A DNA stretch of 64,000 nucleotides from a virus (taxonomy: Duplodnaviria > Heunggongvirae > Uroviricota > Caudoviricetes). Location of the stretch: the IMG/VR virus record IMGVR_UViG_3300031413_000001, one strand, 5' to 3'. Both the position numbers and the translations under genes were made by a program. Of the stretch, positions 62,669 to 64,000 are shown piece after piece. Under the pieces are notes generated by a model. It was not told the DNA's origin and made no database searches. It was given only the letters and a program-made list of their open reading frames with translations. The stretch's first letter is position 1; every line of letters begins with the position of its first letter.

Positions 62669-62905
62669 ATGAGCAAGCCAGTATTCGAAATCGTCGGCGG
62701 CGTTGAACTCCTACAGCAGGCACCGGCTGACCCGGTCGAGAACCTGATCCAAAACATCTTCGGCCAGCCCTATCAGATGATGGGTGCCGCAGAAGCAGCA
62801 GCGCATGACCGTGCATTCTATGATGCGCAGGACAACGGCGACTCGCAGGTCATGGAATTCAACAGCATCGAGGAAGCACTGGAATACTTCTTCGGTCCGC
62901 GCTAA
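62669..62905 (+). CDS. Hypothetical protein
   Basis: aggag RBS. Confidence 0.65.
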   Translation: MSKPVFEIVGGVELLQQAPADPVENLIQNIFGQPYQMMGAAEAAAHDRAFYDAQDNGDSQVMEFNSIEEALEYFFGPR

Positions 62906-62940
62906 TCGCATCCTGAGGGCGGTCATGCTATACTGCCCTC

Positions 62941-63483
62941 ATGTTCGAGATCAAAGTTCTAGGCATCGCAAAGGCGAAGCAGCAGATTGGCGCCGACTGG
63001 CCCACTCACATTATCAGCATTATCAATGACGCAGGGCCAAACTGGCCAGCGACAACCATTGATCAGCAGCATGGCAACCATGTGATCTACAATTTCCATG
63101 ATGTGGAAACTGATGATCCTGAGGAATATGCCGACCTGACTCCTCCGACGATGAAGGAAGTCCGGGACATTCTCGAGACCGTTGACTACTGGGAGCTCAA
63201 CGATTCCAGTAAGCTTCTAGTCCACTGTAGTGCGGGAAAAAGCCGCAGCACTGCGATTGCTCTTGCCTTGCTGGTAAAAGCCGGTATGAGCCCCGAGGAC
63301 GCGCTCAAGAAGGTAAAACTGCTCAGCCCCGCTATGTGTCCTAACCGGCTCATGGTGGAGCTCTTTGACGAGGCTATGGGGCAGGATGGTGCGCTGATTG
63401 ATGCCGTGAATGCCTACTATACCAAAAGCATCATGATGATCCCTGGACTGGCCTTTCCCAATAGGGGTGGCCACAACCGGTAA
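62941..63483 (+). CDS. Protein-tyrosine / dual-specificity phosphatase
   Basis: LVHCSAGKSRS (CX5R); FHDV; PNRLMV. Confidence 0.9.
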   Translation: MFEIKVLGIAKAKQQIGADWPTHIISIINDAGPNWPATTIDQQHGNHVIYNFHDVETDDPEEYADLTPPTMKEVRDILETVDYWELNDSSKLLVHCSAGKSRSTAIALALLVKAGMSPEDALKKVKLLSPAMCPNRLMVELFDEAMGQDGALIDAVNAYYTKSIMMIPGLAFPNRGGHNR

Positions 63484-63510
63484 ATATGGAAAACCACTCG
63501 GAGGTCTTCC

Positions 63511-64000
63511 ATGCGTTGGAACGAAATTATCAATGAGGGTTCGGATTTCAATTGCCCCAACTGCGGCGAGTATCTGGGTAAAGCCAGTGAAATCGAGCTC
63601 AACAATTCCCGCTATTGCGGAAACTGCGGTTGGAGTGATCGCAAGCCTGAGCCCAAGGCGGTGCCAAAGAGCAAGCAGCCAACGGACAAGACTTCCGGTG
63701 ACTATTCCATTCGCATCAACTCCACCAAAACCCAGGCGGACTTGACCTACAACGGCACTCCAGTGTCGCTCATCAAGGTTGGTGACGATGCTGGTACTGC
63801 CACGATGATGAGCAAGGGTGTCTACGTTGCCAGCTGGAAGGTGGACTTCTACAACAGCCACAAGATTCCAGGTCAGTTTCCAACTTTGACTCAAGCAATC
63901 AACGCCGTAAAGCGTATGCACCAGAGCAAGGTAAAGGAATACATGAAGGCTCGGAAAAAGAGCACTCGTAGGGTTGGTGAGATGATTGACGAGGATGTGG
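63511..64000 (+). CDS. Hypothetical zinc-ribbon protein, runs off the window end
   Basis: MRWNEIINE; CPNC...CGNC; TAAATA at 63481. Confidence 0.6.
   Translation, partial: MRWNEIINEGSDFNCPNCGEYLGKASEIELNNSRYCGNCGWSDRKPEPKAVPKSKQPTDKTSGDYSIRINSTKTQADLTYNGTPVSLIKVGDDAGTATMMSKGVYVASWKVDFYNSHKIPGQFPTLTQAINAVKRMHQSKVKEYMKARKKSTRRVGEMIDEDV

Overview
This looks like a 64 kb segment of a large (jumbo) tailed phage. The host is probably an alphaproteobacterium, possibly sphingomonad-like, judging by PEPxxWA-CTERM proteins and a LOV hybrid kinase. No capsid, terminase or polymerase genes are in the window, so the phage call rests on gene density, small unknown ORFs, T4-like TAAATA motifs, tail-fibre-like genes and the huge tRNA array. 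Layout: (1) 1-28.7 kb holds accessory and host-takeover genes (ClpS, Nudix, DUF1190/glutathionylspermidine synthase/DUF350 cluster, RelA/SpoT-type HD hydrolase, WYL, PlsC, ADP-ribosylglycohydrolase, kinase, SprT-like, HNH, L7/L12-like). (2) 29-41 kb is an RNA island of about 55 tRNA or tRNA-like genes covering all 20 amino acids. It also carries a putative RNase P RNA, two YrlA-like Y RNAs built from circularly permuted tRNAs, and a repeated covarying post-CCA hairpin. Several CCA-ended non-cloverleaf RNAs and a minimal HisRS-like gene split by a prfB-like +1 frameshift at a His codon lie there too. (3) 43.6-46.2 kb is a minus-strand tail-fibre-like module. (4) 46.3-55.3 kb holds an SRP domain IV RNA, a LuxR-type regulator, two PEP-CTERM proteins, a LOV blue-light hybrid histidine kinase, a GOLLD-like RNA, a PAS-PAS hybrid kinase and another large unknown RNA. 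(5) 55-64 kb holds small ORFs, a split DNA adenine methyltransferase, Nudix and a tyrosine phosphatase. The best candidates for an undescribed system are the phage-encoded set of housekeeping ncRNA mimics (RNase P, SRP, Y RNAs, GOLLD, tRNA processing signals) and the light-sensing kinase/large-RNA/PEP-CTERM island. All RNA calls come from manual base-pairing and recalled consensus motifs, not from covariance-model searches. Coordinates may be off by a few nt.
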